Position numbers and translations under genes: made by a program
Source of the DNA: Cyanophora paradoxa CCMP329
Taxonomy: Eukaryota > Plantae > Glaucophyta
Direction of reading: 5' to 3'
Assembly: GCA_004431415.1 (NCBI GenBank)
Contig: QPMI01000495.1
Span: forward strand, 62,001-126,000
Length of the DNA stretch: 64,000 bases
Part shown: positions 1 through 12,045 of the stretch, in pieces
Layout: each line of letters starts with the position of its first letter
Position numbering within the stretch: the first letter of the stretch is position 1
Notes under the pieces: model-generated
The model's database searches: none
Seen by the model: only the letters and a program-made list of their open reading frames with translations
What the model was told of the DNA's origin: nothing

Positions 1-1800
1 TCCTCGTCGAGGATGCCGTGCTGCATCTTGGGGGCCTCTGCGGGCGGGCGGAACGCCACCTCCTTTACCCGCTCAGACCACGCCTTGAGGGCTGCGAACG
101 GTGATGTGAGCCGCTGCGAGGCGCATAGAGCACCAAAAATAGGCGGACCGACGACGGCGCGCCCTCCGACGACAGTGCCGACCGCGGCGCCCTTCTGGCC
201 GAGCGCCTTCGCTTCCGAGCCGGTGACGACGAACTTGGGGATGACCATGCGCTCGGGCAGCGGCCGCACGGCCGACGCAGGCCGGAAGCCGGCGCGCTCC
301 GCAGTGCGCGCGCCCTGGAGGAGAGAGGAACTCAGGACGCGTCTCGAGGCGAGAGGAGGAGCGGGAGGGCGCACCGCGAGCCACAGCCACTCGCCGAGCC
401 GAGAGTTGGCGTACCGGAGAACAACAGAGGCGACGCGCTCGTTGACAATAAGGTTCTGGCGCACGAGGTGCTCCGCGGCATTGATGAGCTGGTAGCGGGG
501 CCCGTAGTTGGTCGCCGTGCCGGCGGCGAGTGCAAGCGAGTTCTTGCCCTGCAGGAGGGGCGACGAGGTCGCGCCCGAGGACACACGCCCGTTCCTCCTC
601 TTCACAAGAGCCTTGTTAATCTGCTCGCCCGCAGTGCCGATGACCGCGCCAGCGAGGACCGCCTCGAACGTGCGCCACAGGAAGGCGCCGGCGCGGAGGA
701 CGGGGGAGAACGGCCGCGCCGGGCTCGCCGGCTCGAGGAAGTAGCTAGGGAGAGAGGCGAACACGCGCGGGACGCCGGTGATGTCGCCAGCGAGATACGC
801 GATCGAGGTCGCGGGGGCGAGGACCCAGACTTGGGCGAAGTTGGTCAGGGCGATTGCGGTCAGGTCCGCGACGACGAGGTCAATCTCCTCCTTGGCAAAC
901 TTCCCGCGGGCCTGGAGCTCCGTGCCGACTGCGAGGCTGAGGACAAGGACCTGCTCGACAGCTGCTTTGAAGACGAAGTTGGGGTCCGCCAGCATGCGCT
1001 CCGCAAGGCCCTTCAGGGGCAGCAGATTCGAGTTCGAGATAGCGCGCATGATCGGGTTCGCCTGCGCGCGGGCGGGGAGGTCGTCAGGCGCCGAAGCACG
1101 AGAGACAGCGCGCGATGCGGACCTGCATGTTCAGGTAGCGGTTCAGGGTGGTCGCGTCCAGGTTGCCAGTCTCAAAGGCGACCTGCAGCGCCTTCGGAAG
1201 ATCCGCGAGCTTCATGCCCCTCTCGAGGAGGACGGCCTCGAGGGTCTCGAGGTCCCACTTGCCCTTGATGCGCGCCTTGCGCCTGCGGCAATGTCAGATA
1301 TGGTGACTATGAAGCAGAAAGAAAAGCACATACGCCTCCTCATCCTCCTCCTCCTCGTCGTCGTCGCCATCGCTGCATGACACCCAATAACGAACCAATC
1401 GGCACGGGAGAGGACCCACGCGCGCGCACCCGTCGCCACCGCGATTGTTCCGGTCATCCCAGCCACCCTTCTTGCCGCCGCCGCCGCCGCCGCCCGCCTG
1501 CATCTTGGGTGCCACCTCACGCTTCGTGGGCGGCGGGGCCAAGCTAAGGCCGCCCTTCTGGAGCGTCGGCGAGGCCAGGCTGCCGAGGCCGCCAGCAGCA
1601 GTGATGGGCGAGACTTCAAAGGTGACGGGCTGTACAGGCGCGGCCTCGAAAACGGCCGAGCGGGGCTGCCACCGACGCCGAGTCTGAGGAACGGTGCTGC
1701 CGGCCGCCGGCGTCTGGCAGATGGAAGCGCTAACTGAAGCGGTCCTCGCAGCACCCGCGGCGGGGAGTGCGACCGCGCCCGGGACGAACGCAGAGGTCAT
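1..1800 (-). CDS. RETICULATA-related (DUF3411) plastid envelope protein; multi-exon, 3' end runs off the window
   Basis: Spliced translation gives a transit peptide MTSAFVPGAVALP..., a Gly/acidic linker, then LPKALQVAFETG, ERMLADPNFVFKAAVEQ, KEEIDLVVAD, VWVLAPA, GPRYQLINAAE and LRYANSRLG, all typical RER-family motifs. Confidence 0.85.
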
Positions 1801-2471
1801 TCTCGAATTGAGGCGCGGGTGGTGAGACTTGTGCTCTAGAATGTGCAAATGGGATCTTCCGTACCGATTCTCAGCTAAAAGATGCCCACGGGCAGGGATC
1901 GCAGAACGAACAAGAATCCCGAACCCCCCGGGTACACGAACACTGCAAAAGTTTATCTTCGCGATCGGGACCATCCAGCGCAACGTTAACATCGATATCG
2001 ATATCGATATATCGATACTGTAAAACGAGAAATGTCCGGCGTCATTTTATATCAATATTTCGGAAAATCCCGAATTATGTGCCGAATTTGGCGCCCGGCC
2101 GCCGCCGGGCGGATATCGATCCCGGAGCCTGGCGCGCGCCGGCATTAAATATTCGAATTCGGCCGAAGTGAAAGCTACCTAGCGTTGCCGAAACCGAGCT
2201 CGAGGGGACGGGAGGGGGTCTAGCGCCGCCGCGGTGCTACTGAAACGAGGCTAGCGCTACTGAAAATGCTACGAACTTGAATTCGAAGCTAGCGCTATGC
2301 TACTGAAAACGCTTCGATTTGAATTCAAAGTACTGACGCGGATCGGAGCTCGAGCGTCAGCTCGAGATCTAGATCTAGACGCTGACGCACCTAAGGGACG
2401 CGAAGCTTTTTGAAGGCCCCCCCCCCCCCCCCCCCCCCCCCTGCCCCCTGGCGGCTGCAAATATTCGGCGC

Positions 2472-2555
2472 CGCGGGGCTATGCCGAAAAGCGCCAAATA
2501 TTAAGTTCTGCCACGCGGGGCTATGCCGAAAAGCGCCAAATATTAAGTTCTGCCA
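2472..2555. repeat. 42-bp direct tandem duplication, next to a ~25-nt C homopolymer (about 2417-2441)
   Basis: CGCGGGGCTATGCCGAAAAGCGCCAAATATTAAGTTCTGCCA occurs twice in tandem. Confidence 0.9.
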
Positions 2556-2739
2556 GACATTTCTCATTTTACAGTATATATATATATCGATTGGCCATGG
2601 CCACGTGCACCTGGCCATGGCCATGGAATGATAGCTCCGGGAGTGGGTGAGGCACCGGCCTTTCTAGGATATCGACAAATCAGACCTTCTAGGATACCGA
2701 CTTCGATTTCGATTTCCATTTGCCTACATAATGCAACAA

Positions 2740-4322
2740 CTAAAGCAGCTCAACACATGCCTCCTTAAGAATGGAGGCCACACGGAAAAGACGCTCGTTC
2801 GAGACCTGCAAGGAGGCGAGATCGGCGACCCCTGCTGCTCCACTGGCCGCCGCCATTCCACCTGTGGCCACCCCGGAGGTGGCCGGGACACCTGTCCAAC
2901 TCAATCGCGCCAAATCCAAGTCCAGATCGGATATACTCTGGTCGCTTGGAGCAAGAATACATCGTTGTGTGTGGATCTCTGAGGCAAACTTGCTCAGCGA
3001 GCTGATGGCCTCCACCTGATTATTGGACGACCTTGTACGAGTTGACGAGACTGGCTGGCAGAACACAATCGGACCTGAGAAATTTGAAAAGTGAGCAGGC
3101 AAGACTATAAATGAGCGCGTAGAAAGGTCCTCACCCCTGCTCTGGTTGATCGTTTTTATGACCTGTTTGCTGTAAGAATCCCAGAGACAGATAGTGCCAT
3201 CCACCGAGGAGGTAAGAAGCAGGCTCCCATCTGCCACAACAGCCAATGCCGTAATTGCTGCACTGAAATTGCGATGTGTTAGGAGACAAATGCTTGCACA
3301 GAGATTGCTGTACCTGTGCCGGGCATAGCTTGCAGCAGCATTCTCTCCAGTTGTAGAAGCAGCCGATATGCTGGACTCATAGACTTGTCCATCAGTGCCT
3401 CCAGCAAAGACACGGTGCTCCATGGGGTCGACAACCAAGCAATTTAGGGGCGATGGCATGATGATAGTTGCCAGCTGGGTGCCAGAGGCCGGGTGCCATA
3501 TCTGCCATAAATCAGCGCAAAATCCGTGTAGACAGAGAGAAGACTAGCTAAGAGAGATTACTCTGCAAGTGCGATCGAGCGAGACGGAGAATAGTCTGCA
3601 GTTTGCCCTCCCAGCACCACAGACCAGCCCTGTCACTGGCAGAGAGTGCTCCATCCATGATCGAAAAGGGTTGCACGAGTCGCCACGAGACACATCCAAG
3701 CAACTGCGCTCTAGTTAAAATGCCAAACAGAGCTCAACGAGAGGAGACGCTGACGTCAAAAAGGTCCAGGCTCTAATTATCCCATCTTCGCTTCCAGAGA
3801 AGATCATAGAGTCGTCATCAGAGGTCGTAATGCATGTGACGCTCTTGTAGTGTGCATCCCACACGCTGAGAAGCGCTCCCGAAAGGACCTGCCCAGTGCC
3901 AGAGTCTGAACGCGAATGAATGCAAGGGGCCAGAAGGCACTCACCTCCCACACGTAGATCTTGCCAGAGACTGAGCCCCCAATCAGGTGCAAGCCATCGA
4001 CAGTGGCGTGCAGCTGAGTGATGCGTTCGGCGGTGGGGCAGCGCGCGACAGGCTGATCCTGCGACGGTGGGAATTGAGCGCGCCCTGACCTAGGGCGTAC
4101 GTGCGCGTACGCGCGCGCGCGCACCTTGAGCCAGCTCCAAATGTACACGGCGGCCCTGCCCTCCTGAGAGGCCGCAAAGCGCGTTTCGCCAATCGTGCAG
4201 GCCGCGCCGCGGTGCACAGTGTTGCTGCGGTAGGTCGCGATCGGAACGCCCGTCGTCAGGTCGATCAAGTACGTATCGCCGTCCGTCGGGCTCATTGCTA
4301 AAACCGCATCGAAATCCTCCAT
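2740..4322 (-). CDS. WDR18: WD-repeat pre-rRNA processing protein WDR18/IPI3 (Rix1 complex)
   Basis: VYIWSWLK|DQPVARCPTAERI, LIGGSVSGKIYVWE, LLSVWDAHYKSVTCI, SGSEDG, AITALAV..DGSLLLTSSVDG, plus a short C-terminal coiled coil. Confidence 0.88.
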
Positions 4323-4667
4323 CGCGAGTACGCGGTGCTCGCGCCTCTGGGTTGGTTAGCGAGCTGGATGGCTGCGGTGAGCGCGGGCGATGTGCGCGTT
4401 GATCCTGCAGCTAGTGGCTGCTATCGGAGGGCTCGAGGCGCTCAAGCGCTGCTTGGCCCTACAGCCGGGCGCGACTCGAGCGGACTCGGGGCTCGGGGCT
4501 TGACGGCCAAGACACTGATGCGTGAAAAGCCCCAAGCACACTCAAAGAGCCCCAAGCACACTCAGAGAGCACACGGGATCGAAGTCAGGAGTCGAGTTGA
4601 CGACGAGATCAAATTTCCGGGTATAAGTTTCCGGCGACTTAGCAAGAGTGAGCTGCAGCTCGCAGCG

Positions 4668-6946
4668 ATGCGGGCGCGCGTGTCGCAGGCCGTGACCGAG
4701 TTCGCGAGCCGCGGCGCGGCCTGGCTCGTAGGCTGGGCGAACGGGGACGATGTGTGGGCGGTCGCAGCGGCGCGTCGGTCTTTCGCGGCGGACGAACTAG
4801 CCGGCCTGTTGCCGGTCGGCATGTACCTGGTGGGCGTCGGCGGGCAGGACGCGCAGGAGACCGATCGCGCGCTCCAGGAACTGGCGCGCGACGGCCCGCG
4901 CGCGGCCTCCCGCCTCATTGCGTACACGCAAGCGCCAGATGGCTCTTCCCGAACCTGCGTTGCCTGCAAGGCGTGCGGCGAGCGCGCGCGCGTCCTTCTA
5001 TCCGTAACATCCCTGCAGCGGGGCGGCTCGGAGAAGCCCGCCGATTGCCAGGTCGCCATTGAGGAGGGATCGAAGCTGATGCAGAGCTGCGCGCTCGTCC
5101 GTCTCGAGTGCCGACGGGTTCTGCTCGTCCCAACCACGCGAGACGTTCCGAGCGGTTCGTTTAGCATGGGTCCGAGTCAGGCGACGGCACTGATCCTTTT
5201 TGCTGCGCAGAGGCCGAGCTCCTTGCTGCAGCCAACAAGGAGACGCAGGAGTTGAGGGGAAAACCGCTCGCTCTGTACTCGGAGGAGGGTTCTTCTCTGT
5301 ATGTTCCAGGGGGCCCGAATGCCGAACAGACGTGCAAGGAGTTCTTCGGCAAGGATGTACATCAACTTAAAGCGACCTTTGAAGCTAAGACGCTCATACC
5401 TCTCGCAGAGGGAGATATCAGTTGTGTCTTTTGTGCAGAAGCAAGCAGACACCCCTTTCTCTGGGGTGCACGGGCTTTCTCTTGGTGAAGCCTTCGAAGA
5501 AAGCTACCAGGTCTTCTCCATGACTCATCCGTTTCGCAGAACCATCGAAAGTAGCTCGAGTGGAGATTCTTTTGGACATATGCGGCTACTTTTTGAAGGA
5601 GTCCACGGTCCAAGACATGCACACTGCATTGTTTGAGGGGCTTTTGAACCAGCTGTCTTTGATTTCGAGAGCTCAGTCGAAGCAGTTGAAGATGCAGGTG
5701 CATCTTTTAGCAAATGTGTCATGGTTGCTCTTCTAAATTCAAAACCACAGCCAAGGGTGTATCATTTCCGGATCCCTCCATTCAGCCTTCTTTTCACCAT
5801 CATTTACAACATGAAACTGGATCCAGCAGGCTTGAATGGGCTGTCCGCTGATGAAACTCAAAACGGTGAGATGCTAAACGGATCGGCGTTTTTGTTATAT
5901 TATGATTAATCTTAATGTCTGTCTTTTCTAGAGCCTTGCAGGAGGCGGCTCCATGAGGCGTTTGGATTAGCAATGAATAGGCCACTGCTTCGTGTCTGCA
6001 ATGCTTTGGATGCGGCCTCAATTCGGCCAGATTCGAGGCTGAGTGCGACCTTTCTTATATCTGCTCATGCAAAAAGTGACTCAAATGGTTGCTCAGCATC
6101 CAAGCACCTTATCAATGTACATGAAGGCTTGCCTAGGGCGGGTGGTATGGCCTTTTCTGAACTTACAGTTTGCAAGATGGCAACAGTTACGCAGTGACAG
6201 GAGGCACCCAGTACTTTGTGGATGGCCTCTATGAATACTACCACTATCTTCAAGATGGCATGGATGACAAGGCAAGTGCCATCAGACTCTTCACCCATCT
6301 CCTCTGAAGCTTCATTTTCAGGGCTGGGGCTGTGCGTATCGCTCGCTGCAAACAATTGTGTCCTGGTTCAGGCTACAGAACTACACATCTCGGTCTATAC
6401 CTACACATAGAGAGATCCAGGAGGTGCTTGTACGCGTTGGGGACAAGCCTCGGAACTTCCTCGGCTCCAACCAGTGGATTGGCGCCATCGACCTGAGCAT
6501 CTTCCTCGATGTGTATCTTGGGGTTGGCCCCTTGCACTGTCTGTTATAGGACCAACTCACTGACCTACTGCACAGGTTACTTGCAAGATTATAGCAGTGA
6601 ACTCAGGAGCAGAGCTGGCCGACAAGGGCAGGGAAATTGCAAGGCACTTTGAGACACATGGGACACCAATAATGATTGGTCTGCTGCCTGTTTGTGCTTT
6701 TCTGCGCCTTCCTGCACTGAAACCATACTGGCAGGTGGTGGTGTGCTTGCTTACACTCTCCTTGGCATTGAGTTCAACGAAATGACTGGTGACATCAAGT
6801 TCCTTATCCTTGACCCGCATTATACGGGCCACGACGAGGTTGGACCCATCCAGAGCAAAGGCTGGTGTGGATGGAAGGGAGTGGACCTGTTCGTGAAGAC
6901 GGCCTTCTACAATCTGTGCTGCCCCATGCGCCCAGAACAGATTTGA
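4668..6946 (+). CDS. UFSP2: UFM1-specific protease 2 (peptidase C78 with long N-terminal domain); start codon uncertain
   Basis: [14 protein letters not shown]|[11 protein letters not shown] (catalytic Cys), [37 protein letters not shown] (Asp/His) and [10 protein letters not shown]. Confidence 0.93.
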
Positions 6947-6998
6947 GCTATGCATTTTGCGTTTAAAAATGGGGGGAGTTGCACAGCTCAATGGCTTA

Positions 6999-7172
6999 TG
7001 CGATCACGATCGGAATCAGAGTTGCGATTACGATCGGAATCAGAGTTGCGATTACGATCGGAATCAGAGTTGCGATTACGATCGGAATCAGAGTTGCGAT
7101 TACGATCGGAATCATTGAATCAGAGTTGCGATTACGATCGGAATCAGAGTTGCGATTACGATCGGAATCAGA
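6999..7172 (+). repeat. Tandem array of a 24-bp unit GTTGCG-ATTACG-ATCGGA-ATCAGA (~7 units, one with an 8-bp ATCATTGA insertion)
   Basis: GTTGCG recurs at 7021, 7045, 7069, 7093, 7125 and 7149, with no spacers. Confidence 0.95.
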
Positions 7173-7339
7173 AACTTTCGTCCCACACACGTGTTGTGTC
7201 TATACACGCCTATACACAATCGCTGCTCCCCCCGCCTAGTCCCGACATGGCCTAGCCACGGCGTAATTTTCCGTCTAGGCCTAGGGCCGGCTCGCCCTCC
7301 CAGCGCCGCCCGATCGCGATCGTAATCGTACTCTTGCAG

Positions 7340-7397
7340 GAGCATCTTCATCCGCTACGGCACCGGCGTGGACGCGAAGCGCCTGCTCGGCTCGTAG
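7340..7397 (+). pseudogene. Orphan terminal-exon-like fragment (..SIFIRYGTGVDAKRLLGS*)
   Basis: Preceded by a ttgcag acceptor and ends in TAG. All 18 sense codons end in G/C. No upstream exons are evident. Confidence 0.45.
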
Positions 7398-7440
7398 CTA
7401 GGCTCGGCTCCCATCCCCTTTTTTCCATCAGGGCACCAGT

Positions 7441-7523
7441 CCCTGCGGGTTACGCTCTCACCCAAACAGCACGGGTACAGTTAAAGCGCTGTAGGTAGGA
7501 GGTCCGGCGCGCCCGTAGCTTAG
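7441..7523 (-). repeat. Diverged copy of the ~100-bp element found upstream of CCT2 (46791-46898)
   Basis: The reverse complement CTAAGCTACGGGCGCGCCGGACCTCCTA..CAGCGCTTTAACTGTACCCGTGCTGTTTGGGTGAGAGCGTAACCCGCAGGG aligns to 46791-46898 with indels. Confidence 0.8.
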
Positions 7524-7607
7524 AAAGAGCTTCTCGTCTAAAATATGCATGCCAAACTGTGTGAGAACTTCACACTGAGAAGTCGGACTCAGAAAGAAGG
7601 TTGAGAG

Positions 7608-10244
7608 TCACGTGTTCAGCATTTGGAGTCCGACTGAGAGTCGTAAGGTTGGAGCCAGGCTGTGTTCAGGCGCCAGGTGTTGTGTCACATCAAAATGTAG
7701 CAAAAAATTGTGTCCAACGGTCACCCTCAAAACTTCTGCCCTAGCTGCCAAATGTGTTAGCACCCTCCTAAAAAACCCAACGACAAAGAACAGCTTTTGA
7801 ACCGGAACATATGAGTAGGGTCCACTTCCCATAGGCATTTTGTTTGGAATAAAAGCGGCTCCAGGGCTTGGGACAACGTGGCTGGGACTCTCATAGCCAA
7901 AGTTGATCGGCCGACTCTTTGCCTCATTTGCATTCAGATACTGCAGGAATAACGTGAGACTTAATGCGTTAAGCAGGAGAACAGGATTACCAGAAGCGGA
8001 GCCCGCAGGAAGGGCACCGTAAAGAAGCGGCCACCTGCAAAACCCATCAGTACCTGGATAGTGCATTCAGAGCGGACGAACTGCGGAGCTGAGGTGGCTG
8101 GGGAAGCGACTCAGTCACTGGGCTCTTGGGGGTCTCCTTGGTCTCAAGCGGATCCAAAAGGTTCAAAAGGCGCACAAGTTGGCACTGCACCATGGGTGTC
8201 TAGAGTTAAGAAAAAAAGGAGCGAGGGGGACAAAGGGAGGACCTGAATCATAACGAGACGTGGGGCACGAAGGGCTGCATTAAACTTCGTTGCATATGCA
8301 TTCGACGTATCGCCCACAGTCGGAATGTTTGCAATCGCCCTGCAGCTGCTGTCAGGAACCTGGGGCTAGAGAATCAATATAGAGCAGACTTGAGGTGACT
8401 TTCCGGCTTGTTGAACCTGTGAGAGGAATCGTTACTCGCAGCCCTTCTGGTAAAACATAGATGTTTTGTGGCTGGAGTACCAACGATAATAAACATCAAC
8501 ACTGCGAAGCTTCTCAGCGAATTCAGTGTAGTTCAGAAGTGTGAACTTCCCAAGCTATGAAGGGGCTTCAGGGAAGCAGAGGATTCAGCAACACAGCTTG
8601 CAGGGGGCAAACCATGGTGCTAGCACGGTCACCGCTGCCCCCAGCTGCTTGATCTCCGTTCGGCTTGATCACAAGCTCAGCAAGTGCCATCTGCTCGCCT
8701 GGTGGGGGGAATGTTTGACGTTTATTGAGGAAAAGATGTAAAAAAGAATATGAGAAGTAATACTCAGGAGAAGATGTACATACCTTTGTAAAGTTGAAGC
8801 AGTTCACGATTCGGCATGTACTTCGGATCCATGACCTCTTTCTGGAATGAAGTGATGTTAGAGGATGAAGGATAAAATCAAGAGAAAACGCACAGCAAAG
8901 TGCTCCGCATAGGCCTCGTCGAACTCGATGAACCGAAGTGCATCCGAAAGCATTTCGTCAGTCTTCGCTTTCTTGAAGCCTGCAACAAACCGGCTGTAGT
9001 TCTCCTTGGGGTCTAATCCAAGAGATCGTCAGATAAAGAGTGAAGGATATCAGACAACAATCAGGTATCAGGGTAGGGTACCAATCGAGAAGCATCCTGC
9101 GATATCCTCCTGGATCTCACGGATGGCTTTGATTTCGTCGTGGATGCGCTCTTTTTCTTTCTCCTCCTGCTCTGCTTTGTTTAACTTGCCAAGTACTTTG
9201 TGGCGGGCCATGTTGATCATGCTGTCAATCTGCCGCCAACACTCAGCACGAGATTCACATGACAACGCATGAAAATTGACAACGAAGCATCACAGCGCAC
9301 GAAATTGACAACGCCTTTCTCCAGCTCGTTCTCTTTATTGTATTCCCCCAGGTCCTGCGTACAGAGATGATTAAGGCCAGCAGAGGGGTATGGCAGCCGG
9401 GAGGGGGAGGGGACTCAAGGGCACCTCGAGGAAGCAAATCTCGCGCTGCATGGCCAAAGGAATAAGGGATTGAGATAGAGCGTCAAGGACACAAGTCAGG
9501 GCTTACCCGGATGATTTCAATCCAGCCAAAGAAGGCTGATCACGAGGAGCACAAATGAGTGGAGGGTTTGCAGAGGGCAAAGTTGGCGGGAGACTGCACC
9601 GGCAATAAGATAAAGAGTGTGAGTGATGGCGTCTGCAAGCCACAGTTAGTAAAGATGAGCCGGCAGAGCTCTTTTTCGCGTGGGTGGGTGGGGGAGAGGG
9701 AGGGGTGCGCACAGAATTCATCATGGCTTTCCTGCTGACCTGGAACCTTCTTTGCGCAAAACTTTGCCAGCATATGATTGGGGCCCGCAATCTGATTGAG
9801 GCGACTCTGCAGCTCATAGGTCGCAGCCGCAAGGGGACCCTGCCCATGGCCAGCATCAATCTTGGGGCCCCAGACCCGCTGTGAGCAGAGGGGATGGCGA
9901 CCTTGTAATTCTGCATCAATTCCTTCCGTTTGTACCAGTCTGCGCATCGATGGGCACTGAGATAAATGAGAAAGCTTTGACGCGAGAGCGCGTGCCTTCT
10001 TTTTCCGCTTTTTGCTCATCGATCTTCTGCTGGAGGATCGCCTGCTTGTTCGCGGTGTATGTCGTCCAGATGCTGCACAGGCGTTGGCATCGGGCTGCAA
10101 AACCCAAACGAAACGGCCCACGAACCCAGAGGCGATCGACATGACGAGAGATACAACGATGCCCGCAATCTGCAGATTGTCGAAGCTGAAATTATTGAAC
10201 ATCGAACTTCCGCCATCGTCGGCTCCGCCTGCGTCGTCCGCCAT
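7608..10244 (-). CDS. Uncharacterised intron-rich protein with an N-terminal TM anchor, resembling a bacterial hypothetical-protein family; 3' end approximate
   Basis: Spliced: TM segment IAGIVVSLVMSIASGIW, then YKGPLAAATYELQSRLNQI, THTLYLIAAFFGWIEIIRREICFLE, LYKGEQMALAELVI and MVQCQLVRLLNLLDP. Confidence 0.7.
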
Positions 10245-10907
10245 CCTGCGCGAAAACGTTTTAATGAGACCGCGCGTAGCGCAGTCGAGCGCGTGTGGCC
10301 CGGTGCAGATCCTCGCACTTGATAAGCTAGTGCCGAAAGCGAATGCCTCGCTTTTCCCGCGATGATCGAACCTGCATGACGCCGAAAAGGGATTAGTTTC
10401 AAAACTCCGAAGGTCGCGGGTGGAATTGCGGCACGATATAAACCGACTATAAAAAGCGATATAGCCGACTGCCGTCGCCCGCTAGACCCGTCGACGGGTG
10501 CTAGACTTGGCTGGGGAGCGTTCCATCTTTTGGTGCTAGCGGCACGAGCTCGAGGCGTGCTAGACCCGGCTGAGGAGCGTGACTCCGCGTTTCATTCATT
10601 ACATCTTTCGTCACCACGCACCGGCGACGCTCGAGGAGCTGCCGAAAGACGAACGCGACGTACGCGTACTCCGAAGGACGCGGGTACCGGTGGCATTCCG
10701 GCGATTCCGCGAAGTTGCGCCGCGAACCCCACTCGGTGACGCATGGCGTTGTAAATACAGCGTCACAAGACACTTCATGACAAGGCTCTGTGACCGGGGT
10801 ACGATATACACTCGTCGTTGCGTCTTCCGAGACCGGTGGCTTGGCCTGCTCGCGCCCTGCTAGACAGGCCTCTTTCGATCTGAACAGCGAGGCGCTGGGG
10901 CTCCCGC

Positions 10908-11885
10908 ATGGATCCGACTGCGCCACGGCCGCTGTCCGCGCGCGACACTCTGCGGACCGCGCGTACGCTGATCGAAGAGATCCGCGCACTTGCTTCCAGC
11001 GCTCAGGTGTGTTTCGGTGGCGCGCGCGGCGCTCCGAACTCGCTGACCCGACGCAGCCACCGCCCGCGGCACTGGCACGAGCCGGCGCGCTCAGGGTCCG
11101 TGCGAATCTCGTGCGCAAGCTTCGATCTGACAGCTCACTGACAGCTCACGCGCGCTATCCGGGCAGGCTCAAGTGGACGCGGTTCTCGCTGCACTCGAAT
11201 CCCCGCCGTACTCAGCCGCGATTCGCAAGCGCTTGGGCAGATCCCGGAGGCACCAGGTCTGCTTTTTATGCGTCGCGTATCTGGTGGCACTGCTGACGAT
11301 TGGGGTCCAGGCATGGAGGCGGAAGAAGTCCAGGGTCGAGCAGCAAACGCGGAGGGAACAGGATCTGAAAGCTGCACATAGGGAGTGCGATGCGTGGATC
11401 GAACAAGAAAAAGCGAGGCTAAAAGTGCTGGAAGAGGTCCGATCGCTATGCTCGTCGTCCCCCTACACGCACCACCTGAATATTCTGTCCAGGCAAAAGC
11501 AAAGCGGCGAGAGCAGCAGATCATTCAATCCAGAATGCAGGCAGCCGCGGCAAAGCTTGCTGGAAAGAATAGCAAAGGAAGGCCGGACGAGGACGCACAG
11601 AAGCCCAGCAACCAGAATGCAATCGTTGCCATCAGGTCTCTGACCTGCATTTTCTGGCCACCTAGTTTGGCACCCATGTGATCCCGCAGGCGTGCCTGGG
11701 ACGCTTATATCGACTGGACAGAAGCGCCTATAGACTGCCGTGCGCTTTCTTGTTCCTTGCATGTTATCGTGCCGCTGATTGGGTTTTTCCGTGAAGCAAC
11801 GGGGCTCGTTCCCCAATTAGATGTTTTGCCCCCTGAAGGACATGGGGCATGGGGCATGTATGCTGTCAAAGAATTCGCGAGCTGA
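10908..11885 (+). CDS. PDCD7: PDCD7 / U11-U12 snRNP 59K-like protein (compact)
   Basis: Spliced: ...RKRLGRSRRHQAWRRKKSR..AHRECDAWIEQEKAR...IVAIRRAWDAYI...GLVPQLDVLPP..AWGMY. This resembles the PDCD7/59K C-terminal IRRxWDAY...P..W motif. Confidence 0.6.
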
Positions 11886-11949
11886 TCCAGCCACTCGGTC
11901 ATCTCTGATTGCCGTTGAGGCACAGTACGTTTTTGACCACTGGGAGGCT

Positions 11950-12045
11950 CTCTGATTCAATGATTCCGTAATCGCAACTCTGATTCAATGATTCCGATCG
12001 TAATCGCAACTCTGATTCCGATCGTAATCGCAACTCTGATTCCGA
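11950..12045 (-). repeat. Second array of the 24-bp repeat, inverted relative to the 7 kb array (~4 units, ATCATTGA variant present twice)
   Basis: Plus strand reads ..CGTAATCGCAACTCTGATTCCGAT.. repeatedly. Confidence 0.95.

Noticed and set aside
6999-7172. 24-bp repeat array as a CRISPR array or as a coding RSESELRL / VAITIGIR repeat protein
   Set aside because: The units are contiguous with no spacers, there are no cas genes, and the context is eukaryotic. The ORFs are by-products of a stop-free repeat.
10486-10504. Palindrome ACCCGTCGACGGGT followed by CTAG as a Helitron 3' end
   Set aside because: There is no matching 5' end, second copy or Rep/helicase, and palindromes and CTAG are common in this intergenic DNA.
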